Of a stretch of DNA of 64,000 nt, positions 10,370 to 22,994 are shown in pieces. The translations under genes and the position numbers were made by a program. Positions within the stretch are counted from its first letter, which is position 1. Each line of letters starts with the position of its first letter. Under the pieces are notes generated by a model that had not been told where the DNA came from, ran no database searches, and saw nothing but the letters and a program-made list of their open reading frames with translations. The stretch lies in contig NIVC01000075.1 in NCBI GenBank assembly GCA_002269645.1, positions 62,001-126,000 of the forward strand, written 5' to 3'. The DNA comes from Macrostomum lignano. Lineage: Eukaryota.

Positions 10370-11013
10370 AACGAGGACGAGGAATATGAACGAGGTGCGC
10401 ATTCTGTTGAACCACATTGCAAAATCAACAACTGAGCGATTGCGCGAAACAGGAGAGTCGTCGGTTTGCTGTCGTTAGCTAACACCGGAAAATCCAAGAG
10501 ACTTTAGAGGCTCTCCACGGCAATCGATTCCAGATCCAGAATCGGTTCGGATTTCCAAGAAAAAAAGCAGTATAACTTTTTAACTTTGTTGAATGTTTGA
10601 CTGCCTTAACAGCCTCACTTTGCACAATTTTTCACTTTCTTCTTGGCTATTGCCATCCAATGATCACAATTTTAAAGCACTTATATCCCTCTAGTTTGGG
10701 AGACAAAAAGTTACACTTTACAAATTGGTTCTGGTTCTAGAACCAGAAAAAGCAATATGAAGAGCCTCTTGAATTGCCGCTTGTGTTGTCTCGGCACTTG
10801 AAAAGCCGGAAAATTGCATGCACGAATTGATGCGTTGATTCTCCTTCATGGATACTCCGTCTGCCGGGGTCCTCAATTCCGGGGGGAGGGTAGTCGTAAT
10901 CGTAGTCGAGCGGTCTTTTAGCGGCACGGTCGTTTAAATTAGGTCCTCTGACACCGTAAAATTCGTAGTCTGTCGAAATGCTCGGTTAGCTACTCTCAGT
11001 AGTAAAGTAGCGC
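10370..11013 (-). mobile_element. Truncated leader of a Gypsy element related to element B (PBS-like motif + pre-gag ORF homologue)
   Basis: TGGTGGCAGCG on the minus strand at 11013-11003; 10933-10718 is homologous to 20375-20170. Confidence 0.5.
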
Positions 11014-14000
11014 TGCCACCACCGTATTCGTATTCGGAACGATAATTTAAGGGTCTCATCAGAGCTTTCTTTAAGTTGAGACTGATTGGTTATTTTACGC
11101 CCCGCGGCAAAGACTCAATATAGACTAAAGGCTTCGATTAAGTACAACTGAATAAATATTAGTTGACTCGTTATTATTAAAGTATTGGATAAATGGGTCG
11201 CTGCAGGCAATGTACTAAACTAAATATATAAATTGTTCTTATTAAATTAGTTATTATTAACCTTCGAGAGAGAAATTCGGCAATGCCGAGGGCGAGTGAA
11301 AGAGATTATTTAAACTTTAGTCAGTAGGGTAGATTAAGTTAGACGCAAACTAACGTACATGTACTAAAAAGGGAAAAACTCGGCCACTGGAAGCAATAAA
11401 ACAACAGAGGCCTCTCTCCGGAGGGAACAACAAAAGAAGCAGACGAAGGAGCAAGGGCGGGAACACCCGGGGAAACAAACATGGGAACAAACGTTGAAAA
11501 CATAATGACGTCAACCGTCATTCCGTGGAACTTGGTCGGCCGCCTTGCCCGCGCTGGAGGCTTTGCCGTCCGTTCACCCGCAGTGGTAGACCGACCTTAC
11601 CACAAATTGATTCTTAAAAAAAATTACTCCTAACAAAACTGTGCCAAACCTACAACTTTCACAATTCCTGACGATTTTTTAAAAGGATTACTAGTAAACA
11701 TTAGAAAAACTAGTAAAAGTATTTTTATTTATTTAATAATTTTGTCAATGAATTTACGGCAGTTTTTTGTTAAGTTGCGCAAATTTAAAATATCATCATC
11801 GTTCTACGAAATCTTACAGACCACTAAAATTTTTGGCAACTAAGAAGTTTTAAAACATTCCTAAATAACCGCCAGTCTGTGTTTATCTGAAAAGTATAAA
11901 ACTTGTTGAACCATATTATTGTAATTGCGACATTTCTTCTTTGTGATAATCCCCATTTCGATAAAGTTTTACACCACTTCTTATTTGTTACCTAGTCCTA
12001 AAAAGACTCCTAATCGTAATCCTAAATGAGTCATGAGTGAATAGGAATATACTGATCTCAAAATACAATAATATCATAGACTTTAATGAGACTTAAGCTA
12101 CTTTTTGGTTCTTCATTTTAAAGTTATGAAAAATTATGTAATGCTTTTTGGCCCTTAGGTACTAATTTGCTATGCTTTTTGGCCCTTAGGACTAGGTACT
12201 AACTATGTATGATCACTTTTGATCAAAAGCAAAATGTTTTTATTTTTATTGAGTTTATTTATTCTTTTTGCAATGTAACACCAGGATGGAATTTTTGCAC
12301 AAAAGTTGTTATGCATTTGTGCACACTTGTCAAATTCGTGCGCACTTTTAAATGAGTCACATTTTAAATGTGACTACCGATGGAACGCCTCACAAACATG
12401 CAAGCGACAAAATTAAAACAAAAGTTTTGACCAAGACTCCAGCAGGGGAAAACTACTTTTCCAACCAAAGGAAGAACAGAACAATTTCTGGAACCTCCAG
12501 TCAATAGAATTGTGACAAAAATTGAACAATGAGTAGACAAAAATTAAACATTTTCTTTTAAATGAGTTATTAAAGTAACAGTTATTAGTTTAAATATCAA
12601 TTAAGTGGCACCTGACTGCCACATATGTAGGGCAGCTAGCAGTTTAAGCAAAAATTTAGCAGCAAAATTGATGCCTCTTCTGCAGGTTGCGTGTTCGACC
12701 ACCAACGCAATTAGGCTGCAGCAGGGCCCGATCTGCTGGCCATGGGTGTAGTGTTATAGCCTTTTGTGGATGAGGGCAGCTGTGGATTCTAGGGCCTGCG
12801 TGATGTGCCTCTCCCAGTAGAGTAGCTCTGTCAGCTGCTGCGTGGGCTCCAAGGCGGCGGCGGCTGCAGCTGGGGCGTTTAGGTTGTTGAGCTAGACGTC
12901 TGGCCGTCTCTTAATGGATAGCAAAGGAGCATAGGAATCAATTTACAAATTGAAAAAGTCAGTCCCAAGCCAAGTTGCAGTTTAAATACTCCAAAGATTG
13001 TCCGTCGGATAGACAAAGGGTGGTCCAACCAAGGAAACCAGCCACCACCTGCATGTATTCTATGGCGGGTACGTACCAAGATGGGATGGGTGAATGAAAT
13101 GAAAAAGCAATAAAACAGATAACCGCGCGGCAAAAAAGGTGTCCAAAATCGAAAGAATTGAATTGGGGCGCCTGAGCGGCTCACATAAAATGGGTTAGGA
13201 TGGGCGATTAGGATAGCTGAATAGCGCGTAAACAAATAGAAAATAAGGGAACAATTGGCGAGCTCCTTTATACTAAGATAATATTGAATAAACAGTTTAG
13301 CAAGCGGGGCTCCATAAAGAGTTATAGGAGCAGGGGCACAGAAAATGGCACTTGGAAGGGAGGGCCAAATTGGCTGCCCTAACAATGTTCCCAGGCTCAA
13401 GCAAAAATCCAAACAAAGAGCAGGGGTTAAGTCACCTCAAATGCCCTCTGCTGAGGACGAGGCCTAGAACCTGGGCACTTGACCTAAGCGGGGCAGAAGA
13501 AAGTTTGGCCCTAGACAGTGGGCTTGCAAACTGGAAACAAAATTACCTACAGTTTTAATTGAACTGTAAGGAGTACAAAATTTGCTACTTTTCTCCTAAA
13601 AGCATAATGAAAAGGGGGCACTTCTGCACTTTGAACATGTGCAAAGAAGCTTACAGCAGTGGGGATATGCAAAATCAGATGAAAATGCAAAATAACGCAA
13701 TGATCTTACTGTATCGCATTGATTAATAAGGACGCATTGATTAAATATGGTCACATTAGTGCGTGTTTTTACTATGAAGCATAAGGATATATAGAGCACA
13801 TGGTGCTAATTAATGAATTTGCATTTAATGAATTAGCAAAATTTTGTACCATACAGGAGCATGGAAAACGGTTCAAATATATACTGCTTTTACCAAAAAG
13901 CATAAAGAATCGGCAAAATGAGAAATTGACAATTGCTTTTATCCCTGAATCATAAGGAAAAGAGAGATTGCTTTTATCCCTAAAGCATAAGGAAAAGTAC

Positions 14001-14208
14001 ATTGAAATTAAAGTTTGACACCTGTTTTTATCTGGAAAGCATAAGGAAACAAAATTTAAATGGAAAGTTAAAATTGGCTTTCAGCACAGAGCAGGTGCAG
14101 AGAAAGCTTACAGCAAAATTAAAAAAATGGAACACATTTGCAAATTCAACTACTACTAGTAATGCGCATCAAAAGTTAGCAACAAAAAATTCATTGGTAA
14201 ATACCTTT

Positions 14209-17200
14209 TCAGACTTCGAACTCTGCACCAATATCAAGCAAATCTGGGTCGCCTTCGGGCAGCACTTCCGGATGGCGGAGGCTTGGCTCAAACAATTGGC
14301 TGCCGCGCAGGTCAGGCTGAGCTGCAGCTGACTGTTCTGGAGCAGACTGATCAGCTGGGTTGACTTTGCTTTCGTCGCTCAACTTGTAGGGCAGCTTTGG
14401 CCACTCTGTCTGGCGCGGCAGCTCCTGCAGTCAATCTGCCATCATTTGTCATTATTGCGATGTATGAGCATCTCAGCAGGGCGTCCATGTCAGGCTGTTG
14501 CAGGCTGGATCCAGTAGGCTACTTCGCCAACCTTTCTGTTGACTTTGTACAAGCTTTTGTATGGCCGGTGAAACTTTGGCAGCTCGCCTAACTTGAGCTT
14601 TGGGTTGGCCAGGCAGACCAGGTCTCCGGGCTGCAGTTCCATGCGCTTGGGTCGGTTCTCATAATATTCTTTGCGGCATTGGATCTCTGCTCGCAATCGC
14701 TGTCGCACAATCCTCTCGGTCTCGGCCAGTCTGCATTGATGCTTTGCAATGTACTTGGGGAGGTCCGGTGATATGTCTAGGCGGTCTAGGGTGTTATCCA
14801 TCGGGTACCAATAGGGCACTCTGTAGACGACTTAATGTGGCGAGAATCCCATCGTGCGATTGACAGCTGATCGCAGGGCTGTCAAAGCGGCTGGTAGCAT
14901 CTTGTCCCACTGTTGATGATCTTCTAAGACACAAGTGAGCACTTTCTTGATGTTTCTGTTGCACGATTCAGCTTGTCCGTTGGCCCAAGGTGAGTATGGC
15001 ATCGTGGTTGTCTGCCAGATGCCATAGACTTTGCAGAAATGACAAAACTCCTGCCCAATGAACTGCTTGCCTTGGTCCAAATGGATCCATGCAGGGATTC
15101 CGGTGATCAGGAAGACTTGTTCCTGCAGCAGAGTTATGATCGTCTTGGCGCACTGATTCTTTATGGCAAAGGCGAATGGATATTTCAACGTAGTGTCGAC
15201 ATAGGTTAGGATGTACTTATTGCCTTGGTCTGTCGGGTCTCCAGTGGGGCCCATGATGTTGATCGCGCATCGCTGATAGATTTTGCAGACCAGGAACAAT
15301 TGTACATATGCCAGAATTCGTCGCCATCCTTTGCTCTGAGTGCAGGTCTAGCAGGAAGCAACATAGTCAGACACAGCCTTGGCCACGGCTGGTTGCCAGA
15401 ACCTCTCGTGCACCTTCGCAATGGTGAGATCTCTGCCCATGTGTCTGCAGTAGGGCGAACCATGCAGGTTGGCGAACACGGTGGCGTTAAGACTCTTTGG
15501 CAATATGATCCTCGCTTTGTCCTCCTCGCCAATTTTGTCGAGATGGATAACTAATAGTTCGTTGTCATCTTGTTTCGCTCATCTCTTGTTAGATTTAAAT
15601 GCTGATTCAGCGGCAGCTTTGGTTGTCGACTTTCGATTAGGTTGATCATCATCGCGATGGCTTAGTCAGCACGCTGATGAGTCTAGAGCTCCTCACGGGT
15701 GACTGGTCTTGGGATGTGATCAGTTAGATTCAATGTTTGGCATTAGTTAGTCAAATTAGTTGGCGCAGCTTCGGCTGTGGCGGCATGTTTCAGGGTCTGG
15801 AGCTCCCTCCACACAATCACTACTCTGGCCGGTTGCCGGGTTGTTGAAAAATTTTAAGGCCAATCCTCGTCGGTCGTTTTGGCGTCATAGTCAGCAGAAT
15901 TAGATTCATTAGCAGATGAGGGTAAGTCAGCAAAACTGTTGGCGTCGAGGCTGAATTTCACTCCCTTGAATTTCGGGCAGCGAGCGGGTTGGCAGCAGTC
16001 ATCTCTGGCTGTGCTGTGGTTGCTGTCCATGTCGTCTCCAGCTAGTAGATGGCGGCTCCTTGAAAGGCAACATGTCGTGCTGCTAAAGCTGGTGGGCAAC
16101 CTCTGTGAGTCTCAAAAATGGCTGGCCAATGGCCTCGGCTTCGTCACCAGTGGGTGCAGAACTGTCAGCAGCTTGCTGTCGGCTGTCGATATTGTTGGCG
16201 GCGTAACCTCGCTGTTGAACTCCTTTGGCTTTGTCGGTGGTTTCTGTCGATTCCGGCGGGTCGGTTGCTTCTTGCTCGGCAGAGGGCTAGGGTGGCTGCA
16301 GTCGTGGACCTTTGGCGCCGCTGCGCCAGTTATTGTGGCTAGCTACTTACTTTGGTCCTCCTCTGCTGCCTCACGCTGAGCCTCCTCCAAACATTCAGCA
16401 TTGTCCTCAGGCCGTCTAAAGAGACTGTCAGCATTCTGTTGCTGACTTGATTTTCGATGCTGGATCTCAAACTTGAATTTGCTGAGGCGCTATAGCCATC
16501 GTCCAAAGATTCTTTCTTGCTGAGTACGCCTTAAGATCCAGGTTAATGGGGCATGATTGGTTCGGCAGATAAACTTCTTGGCCAGCAGGTAGAATCGGAA
16601 GTGTGGCATCCCGTCTACAACTGCCAAGAGTTCTTGTTTAGTGATCGGATATCGGGCTTCGGCCAGTTTTAGTTGCCAGGAGAAATAGCCAATTGGTCGC
16701 TCAACTCTATCAGCTTGGCATTGGCTCAGGCAGGCTCCAATTCTGGTCGCAGAAGCATCCGTGTCCAAGACAAACATAACATTAGGATCCTCGCTGAACT
16801 GCGGATATGCAAGCACTGATGTCAAAGTCAAGGCTGCTTTGAGCTGGTCAAACATATCTTGCTAGGCTTTTCCCCATAGACAATTGAAATTCTGAATCTT
16901 CTTTTCCTTGATTAAATCATGGAGCGGAGCTGCAAGTTGTGTGTAGCCAGGTACAAATTTAGCATAATTTAGCACATGTAGCAGAACTCTTAAGTTGTTG
17001 CGCTGTTCTTCGTCTTGGCCAGGTCTGAATAGCTTCGATTTTTGCTGGGTCAGTTTTGATACTATCCTTTGTTACAACATGGCCTAGGTAGTTTAAACTT
17101 GCCCAAAAAAGATAGCATTTCTTGCCCTTGAACTTGAGATTAGCTTCTTGGACTTGCTTAAATACTTCTTCCATATGCCATAGATGGTTGTTAAATTTCT

Positions 17201-18580
17201 TAGAATAAACAATTACGTCATCCAGATAGGCTATTGCATTTTTGTAGGCAATCCCATTGAGCACAGCGTTCATGAGGTGCATGAAACTGGTTGGCGCCAA
17301 ACTCAATCCCATAGGCATAACATTATGGGTGAACTATCCGCAGTGCAGCGTAGTGAAGGCAGTCAGATCTTGATATTCTAGACGCAGTGGAATCTGATAG
17401 TAGCCACTGTTCAAGTCAAACGTGCTGAATAGCTGGCTTCCTTTGAGACTGGCAAATGCTTCTTGGATGTTCGGTATTGGGTACGGAAAGTACTCGCACT
17501 TCTGATTCAGACTCCGGAAATCTTGCACAATTCGAAGGCTGCCATCCTTCTTCAGGATGATCACCAGCGGGGTGTTGTAGCTGGAGAAGCTCGGTCGAAT
17601 CACGCCTTTGGCCAGGAGATTGTCGAGTAGCTGATCCACTTTGGGCAGCAGATATGGCAAGATCCGGCAAGTCGGCAGATGCACCAGATTTGTGTCCTTT
17701 AGCACAATACTGTGGGTGACCAGATGAGTTCGGCCAAGATTGTGTGGCCCCGGAAAGAAGATGGTCCTGTACTTCTTTAATAGCTCAATGACTTGAGCAT
17801 GCTGGTCACTGGACAGGTTTTTGCTGATGTCAATTTCCTTGATCCAAGCGTCAGGATCTTTGTCTTGAATTTGATTGACAGAGTCTTCTGGCTTTAGCAG
17901 CGGGAAGAACTGTAGCTTGGGCAGTCTGAAAGGTCTAGCAATCCCAACTAAGGCATTGGCTTGTACTTTGATCAATCTTGTTCCTTGATTAAACATCTCG
18001 ATAGCGCCTTCTCCATTAGCCATAGATATTAATGCAGGCGCGGTGTCCAGATGCTGCACATCTTCTTTGCGCCAAGCTGGTTTCAGTGGCTCAATCACGG
18101 CGGGTGTACCCTGGTTTTCTTCTCGTCCTTTAGCTAGCTTAATCTTGATTTGGGCTGATGATAGTGGTGGCACAGTAGTGCTCTCGGCTGTGTAGATTCT
18201 GCATGTGGTAGCCTCAATTCGCATGTAGCGAAGCAGTGCGGCAGTGCTGTCCTTGAAAAACAGCATCCCGGTGGCAAGATCCAGTGAGGTGCTGTACTTT
18301 TCCAGAAACTTGAAGCCCAGGATGTTGTCATGCAATCCTTTCACTAGCAAAAACTTGACTGTTAGCTCGAAATTGCCAATCTTCACTTTGATAGTTAGTT
18401 TCCCTGCCATTTGAATAGGTTCACCATTGTAGGTCTCAATGTGTTGCAGGTAGGGCCCAATTTGGCCGTGCAGGGTTGGGTCGTCGGTACATAGTTGGTG
18501 CTAGGTGCTGAATCCTAGGACTTTGCACTTGGAACCAGTGTCAAGCAGAAAAGCAAAATAATGCCCTTGAAAAACAGTTT
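14209..18580 (-). pseudogene. pol: Gypsy B pol pseudogene
   Basis: Protease FLLDTGS (~18551-18531). RT: KKDGSLRIVQDFRSLN, DLNSGYYQI, MPMGL, YLDD, YLGH. RNase H: LDTDASATRIGA, ELLAVV. Integrase: INIMGP, HLDQG, NGQAESCN. C-terminus ...DLLDIGAEFEV* with stop at 14211-14209. Multiple disablements. Confidence 0.93.
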
Positions 18581-18589
18581 CCTTCAAGG

Positions 18590-20069
18590 TCGCTTGGGTG
18601 CAGAGTTCTGTACAGGTGCGGCAGAGGCGGTCTTAGCAGTGGCTTGCTGAGTGACTAAAGTCCTCAGCAAGGACTTTAGTGCTGGCTCGGCTGCTAGATG
18701 GCGCTGCCCCCAATGGCGCATCCAGCTGTCCCATTTCCCAAGCTGCCATTGTGCTGGGACGTGGTACTGGCCGACTGCCGGTGCGGGCATTCATCGGCAT
18801 GATGCTCGTAGTTGCACCTGTAGCACATTGCACTTTGTCGCCGCAGCTGGTAAGGCGGCGGCATTGAACTCGGCTGCTGCTGTTGATGCTGCTGACGTTG
18901 ACTTCTTGCTGGCGGCGTTCTCGGTGGCGGGTTGCTGCCATCTCGTGGTTGCTGAAGTCAATGGAATGGTTGCTGCGGCACCATTTGTGTGCTGGGTGTT
19001 ATAATGTAAATTAGGCGCTTCTATCGGCACTGTGGCAAGAAGTTGAGGGCACCAAACATCTGTTGCGCTGGCCCCAAGAATCCCGCAGCTGGTGGCAAGC
19101 AGGTTCCCATGGCTCTAGGGTGTCGTTATCGCGCAATCCCCGTGAGTAGAACTCTCGCATTTCATTGCTCAAAGTCTCTAGTAATTGTCACTGCTCTTGC
19201 AAAGTCTCGGCTTGTTGTTCCATTACTTCACGCAACCAGTTTTCCTTGGGCCAAGATGACTTGTTGTCGTGTTGCACCACAGTGAGTGACTGACTGTTGT
19301 CATCCTCGAGAAGCCGGACGTGTCTCACTGCTGGTGGCGGTGCTACTCACTGAGCCAGACTAGCTGCTGTCTCCAAGCGTAGCACGGCCCTTCTTGCTGC
19401 AGTCAGATTCTGCAGTCGCATTAGGATTAGCTGTTCTCTCGCCAACTAAGCAATTTGCACTCCTACAGTGAACTGATCCACCAGTTCAGCCTGCTTCTAA
19501 ACCGGAGTAAAATGCGAAAACGCTCAATCAGCCAGAGCAATTAGTCAATCACCATAGTCGTCAATGCTCTCATGCTTGCCTTGCTGGCAGCTTTGGAACT
19601 GCTCCCGGTACTCCAGTGTGTTGGCCACATGTGTAAAGCGTTCAGACAATTGCTGTTTGAACTCACCAAGCATCAAATTATCTGGCAGCTCCATCCTGAC
19701 AACTCTGGGATAGGTTGTGGCAATGTCCAGATTCATGAGGACCTCCGCCTTCTTATGTCTGTCATCCACGATCCCATTGAGCTCGCAACTCTCTTCCAGA
19801 GCCTGGATCCAGATGTCAAATTCCTGGTTCTGCTTGTACCACTGAATCTTGACCAGTTTCGGCGCCGGAGCTCAATCCTGCTGCTAAGGTTGCTGGTACA
19901 CGTGATGATAGTGTTGCAGCTAGCCCAGTCTGGTTTGCTCCAGTCGCCGGCGCACCTCTTCAGTCACCGCGCAAATCATCTCGTTGTAGGTTGGTCTGGG
20001 TGTTGAGTTGTCGGGGCCCGCAGCATCGGCTGTTGCGTCCGTGGCTGTTGAATTAGTAGTTGAAGCCAT
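18590..20069 (-). pseudogene. gag: Gypsy B gag pseudogene with zinc knuckle
   Basis: ATG at 20069 (MASTTNSTAT...), gag-like FDIWIQALEESCELNG and YREQFQSCQQGKHESIDDY, and knuckle CYRCNYEHHADEC at 18825-18787; stops and frameshifts. Confidence 0.8.
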
Positions 20070-20375
20070 AGTAGTGTAGCATTTGAACAACTTGTTGAAA
20101 GAGTTTTGGCATTTTGCAATCCCATTTAGCTGACCACCAGTGAGGAGGGGTAGAGAAAGAAAATTTAATTACTTGGTAATTGAAACAAATTGGGTACTTC
20201 AGGGTTTCTTTGAAACCAATTGGCATTGCTTTCGCGTGAATTAATCCAGAGAAATCGTGCAGACAAATCACAATGAAATTTTCTTTCTCCTGCTTTACTC
20301 TGACAGCCGGGTTCTCAAGTCTAGGGGGAGGGTAGTTGTAATCGTAACAGAGTGTTCGTAGAGTGGCACAGTCAT
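20053..20375 (-). pseudogene. Small pre-gag ORF (~108 aa after repairing one 1-nt deletion), unknown function
   Basis: MTVPLYEHSVTITTTLPLDLRT matches TTVPLKDRSTTITTTLPPELRT at 10933-; its stop overlaps the gag start. Confidence 0.45.
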
Positions 20376-21263
20376 TCAGATGATAAATCACCAGAGATTC
20401 TGACTCTGTAAACTGAGGCGTCAATATGTTGAACTTTGATTTGTTTAAATTTGTTTAAAGATTTGTTTAAATGCCCTATTACAATCTTAAAAACCAGGAA
20501 AGCCAGAAATTTATGCATAAAAAGAAACTTTTTTTCACCTTTTTTTCTACTTCACAATAACTCTTCTACATGATTCTATAAAGTGCATGCCAGGTGTATT
20601 TTTTTTAGTGATGCATGCCAACTATGCATGTCTACTTTTGGCATGCAAGGCTTATGCATGCCTAAATTTTCAGGCATATATTATATGATCCGGAGTGTGG
20701 GCCAGGTGTACACGCACATTCTTTTTTAGGAGCGATATACACCAAATCCTATATACTAAAATGTGATATCTATATATATCATATGTGTTAGATAAGAGAA
20801 AAAATGGCTTAACCAATTTTCATGAGACTTTAGAAATTTTCCCGTGATAGTACATATGTCTTGGCTAAGAAATTGCTTGATGCTAAAGGCATTAAATATT
20901 CAAAAAACATGCTTTTTTGCAAAGGTCAAGCAAACTTTTTGAATTGAAATGCATTGTAAGAATGTTAGAAAAAAAACTGACTGGTTGAAATCTTATTCTG
21001 AAATAGATGACATCACATAGGCTTTTTATTTATTGTCTATATGCTGGCTGAATTTTGACACTGAATTTAATTGTGTCACTATGTTGAAAATGTAGTGTGG
21101 AAGCATATAGCACTAGACTTGATTTAGATTGCGTAACTATATTGTCAACTTTAATTGAGACTGATACTGACTTGCCTGACAAAGTAATTATGTCATAACT
21201 GCTTTGTATATGTTGAATTATATAAGTGCTACAATTTCATTTATAAATTCCAAAAGAGCTAGC

Positions 21264-21320
21264 CTAGATATGAACAGACTGGACTGCTAATGCAGCGAGT
21301 GACCTAGGTTCAAATTTAGT
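21264..21320 (+). other. Degenerate tRNA-like (Ser-GCT-like) fragment, possible SINE head
   Basis: GGACTGCTAATGC resembles an anticodon arm and GGTTCAAAT a B box; acceptor stem and A box not recognisable. Confidence 0.25.
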
Positions 21321-21376
21321 AGTGAATTTTTTTTATTGAAAGCTTTTATTAAAAGACTAATAAAGTACTAAAGATA

Positions 21377-22821
21377 TCATGTAAAAAATCATAAAAGTGT
21401 CATATAAACAATCATAGAAGCATCATGTAAAAATCATAGAAATGTCATGCAAACAATTATAGAAGTGTCATGTTAAATCATAGAAGTGTCTTGTAAACAG
21501 TCATAGAAGCGTCAGAAAAAATCATAGAAGTGTCATATAAACAATTGTAGAAGCGTCATATAAAGAATCATAGAAGCATCATGTAAAAAATCGTAGAAGT
21601 GTCATGTAAAAATCATAGAAATGTCATGCAAACAATCATAGAAGCATCATGGAAGCATCATGGAAGCGTCATATAAAGAATATTAGAAGCATCATGTAAA
21701 GAATCATGAAAGTGTCATGAAAAAATCGTAAAAGCGTCATAGAATAATAAAAAAGCATCAGGTCAAACATGAAAAAAAGTTTCGTATAAAAATGTAAAGA
21801 AGCCTCATGTCAAAAATAAAAAAGCATTACATAAAACTGTGCTATGACTCTTGAGGAGAATTACTATGATATCAAGGCTCACAGAGAATAACTGAGATGT
21901 AAAGGATTACAGTGAGATTTCTAAGATGTCAAGGCAAAAGCCAGAAGCTACATGTAGTTTACTCAATTTTTTTATTACATTCTTTGTTGGCTCGCCACGA
22001 GGGGTGCTGATAGAATAAGCGTCATGTAAAAAAGGGGAATAGCTGAGATGTCAGGACTTGCAAGGGGAATAGCTGAGATATCAAGACTTGCAAGGGGAAT
22101 AGCTGAGATGTCAAGACTCACAAGGGATTGCTGAGGTTTTTGCAAAGAGAAGCTGTAGTTTAAACATGTGGTTTATTCAAAAGTAGAATAAAGCCTTGAC
22201 AAAAGAAGTGTTATATCAGACATAAAAGAAGTGTCATATAAAAAGTTTCACATAAAACTGCGTGCTATGACTCTTGGGAGAATTACTACTGATGTCAAAG
22301 CTTACAGGGGAATAGCTGAGATGTCAAGGCTCATGGGGGAATAACAGATGTTAAGGCTAAAGTCAGAGTCAAAAGCTACATGTAGTTTATTCAAAACTTT
22401 TTATTACATTATTTGTTGGCTCCTCATGGGGGTTGCTGGTAGAAAAAGTGTAATGTAAAAAATAAAAGAAGCATCATGTCGAAGTTAAAAGATTCATTTG
22501 GGAATCCCTACAATGTCAAGGCTTGCAGGGAATCGCTATAATGCTATAGTGCTATAATAACTCTTAGGGAGAATTACTGAACTGTCATTGCTTTAGGGTT
22601 AGGGTTAGGTTGACAGATTTTTTAAGATTTCAAGGCTTATGGGGGCATTGCTGAGATGTCAAGGCTGGAGTTGATATGGTAAGGCTTGTGGGGGGAATTG
22701 CTAACATGTCAAGTCTTACAAGGGACTTCTAAGGGATATTGCAAAGAGATTGCTACATGTAGTTTATTAAAAAAACTTGTATTGCATTTTTGGCTCCCCA
22801 ATGGGGGGCGCTGATTGCTAG
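21377..22821 (+). mobile_element. Non-autonomous Helitron-like element, copy 2 (5' boundary approximate)
   Basis: Short degenerate array of the same 23-bp satellite (21377-21800), the same three subterminal blocks, TTAGGG remnant at 22593-22609, hairpin GCTCCCC-AAT-GGGGGGC at 22793-22809, CTAG at 22818-22821 followed by T. Confidence 0.65.
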
Positions 22822-22994
22822 TATGCACTAGAGTTCGACCAAAACCTTGATCTCAATCTCAAAATTTTGAGACTTGGATCTTTTTGGGTCATTTTGAGAA
22901 ATTCTCAAAATTTCAAAAATGGGCTTGGAATTCAAGAATAGTCAAACAAGATTGAATTCAGTAGAGAAAGTATAAAAATATTGTGAAGTGCCAA

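Larger units (their letters stand above)
12620..20430 (-). mobile_element. Decayed Ty3/Gypsy retrotransposon B; LTR boundaries not resolved
   Basis: gag, protease, RT, RNase H and integrase remnants in Gypsy order with many stops and frameshifts. Confidence 0.92.

Noticed and set aside
11142-11657. Alternative LTR termini (GTACAACT at 11142-11149; AGTTGTAG on the minus strand from 11657)
   Set aside because: They match the LTR-A terminal motif but lack a convincing PPT/PBS pairing, so B's LTR is left unassigned.
12355-12375. 21-bp near-perfect palindrome AGTCACATTT-T-AAATGTGACT
   Set aside because: It is isolated, with no associated element end or function supportable.
10718-20430. The two homologous segments as the paired LTRs of Gypsy B
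   Set aside because: They are too diverged with codon-like substitution bias, and one abuts the gag ATG with no PBS between.
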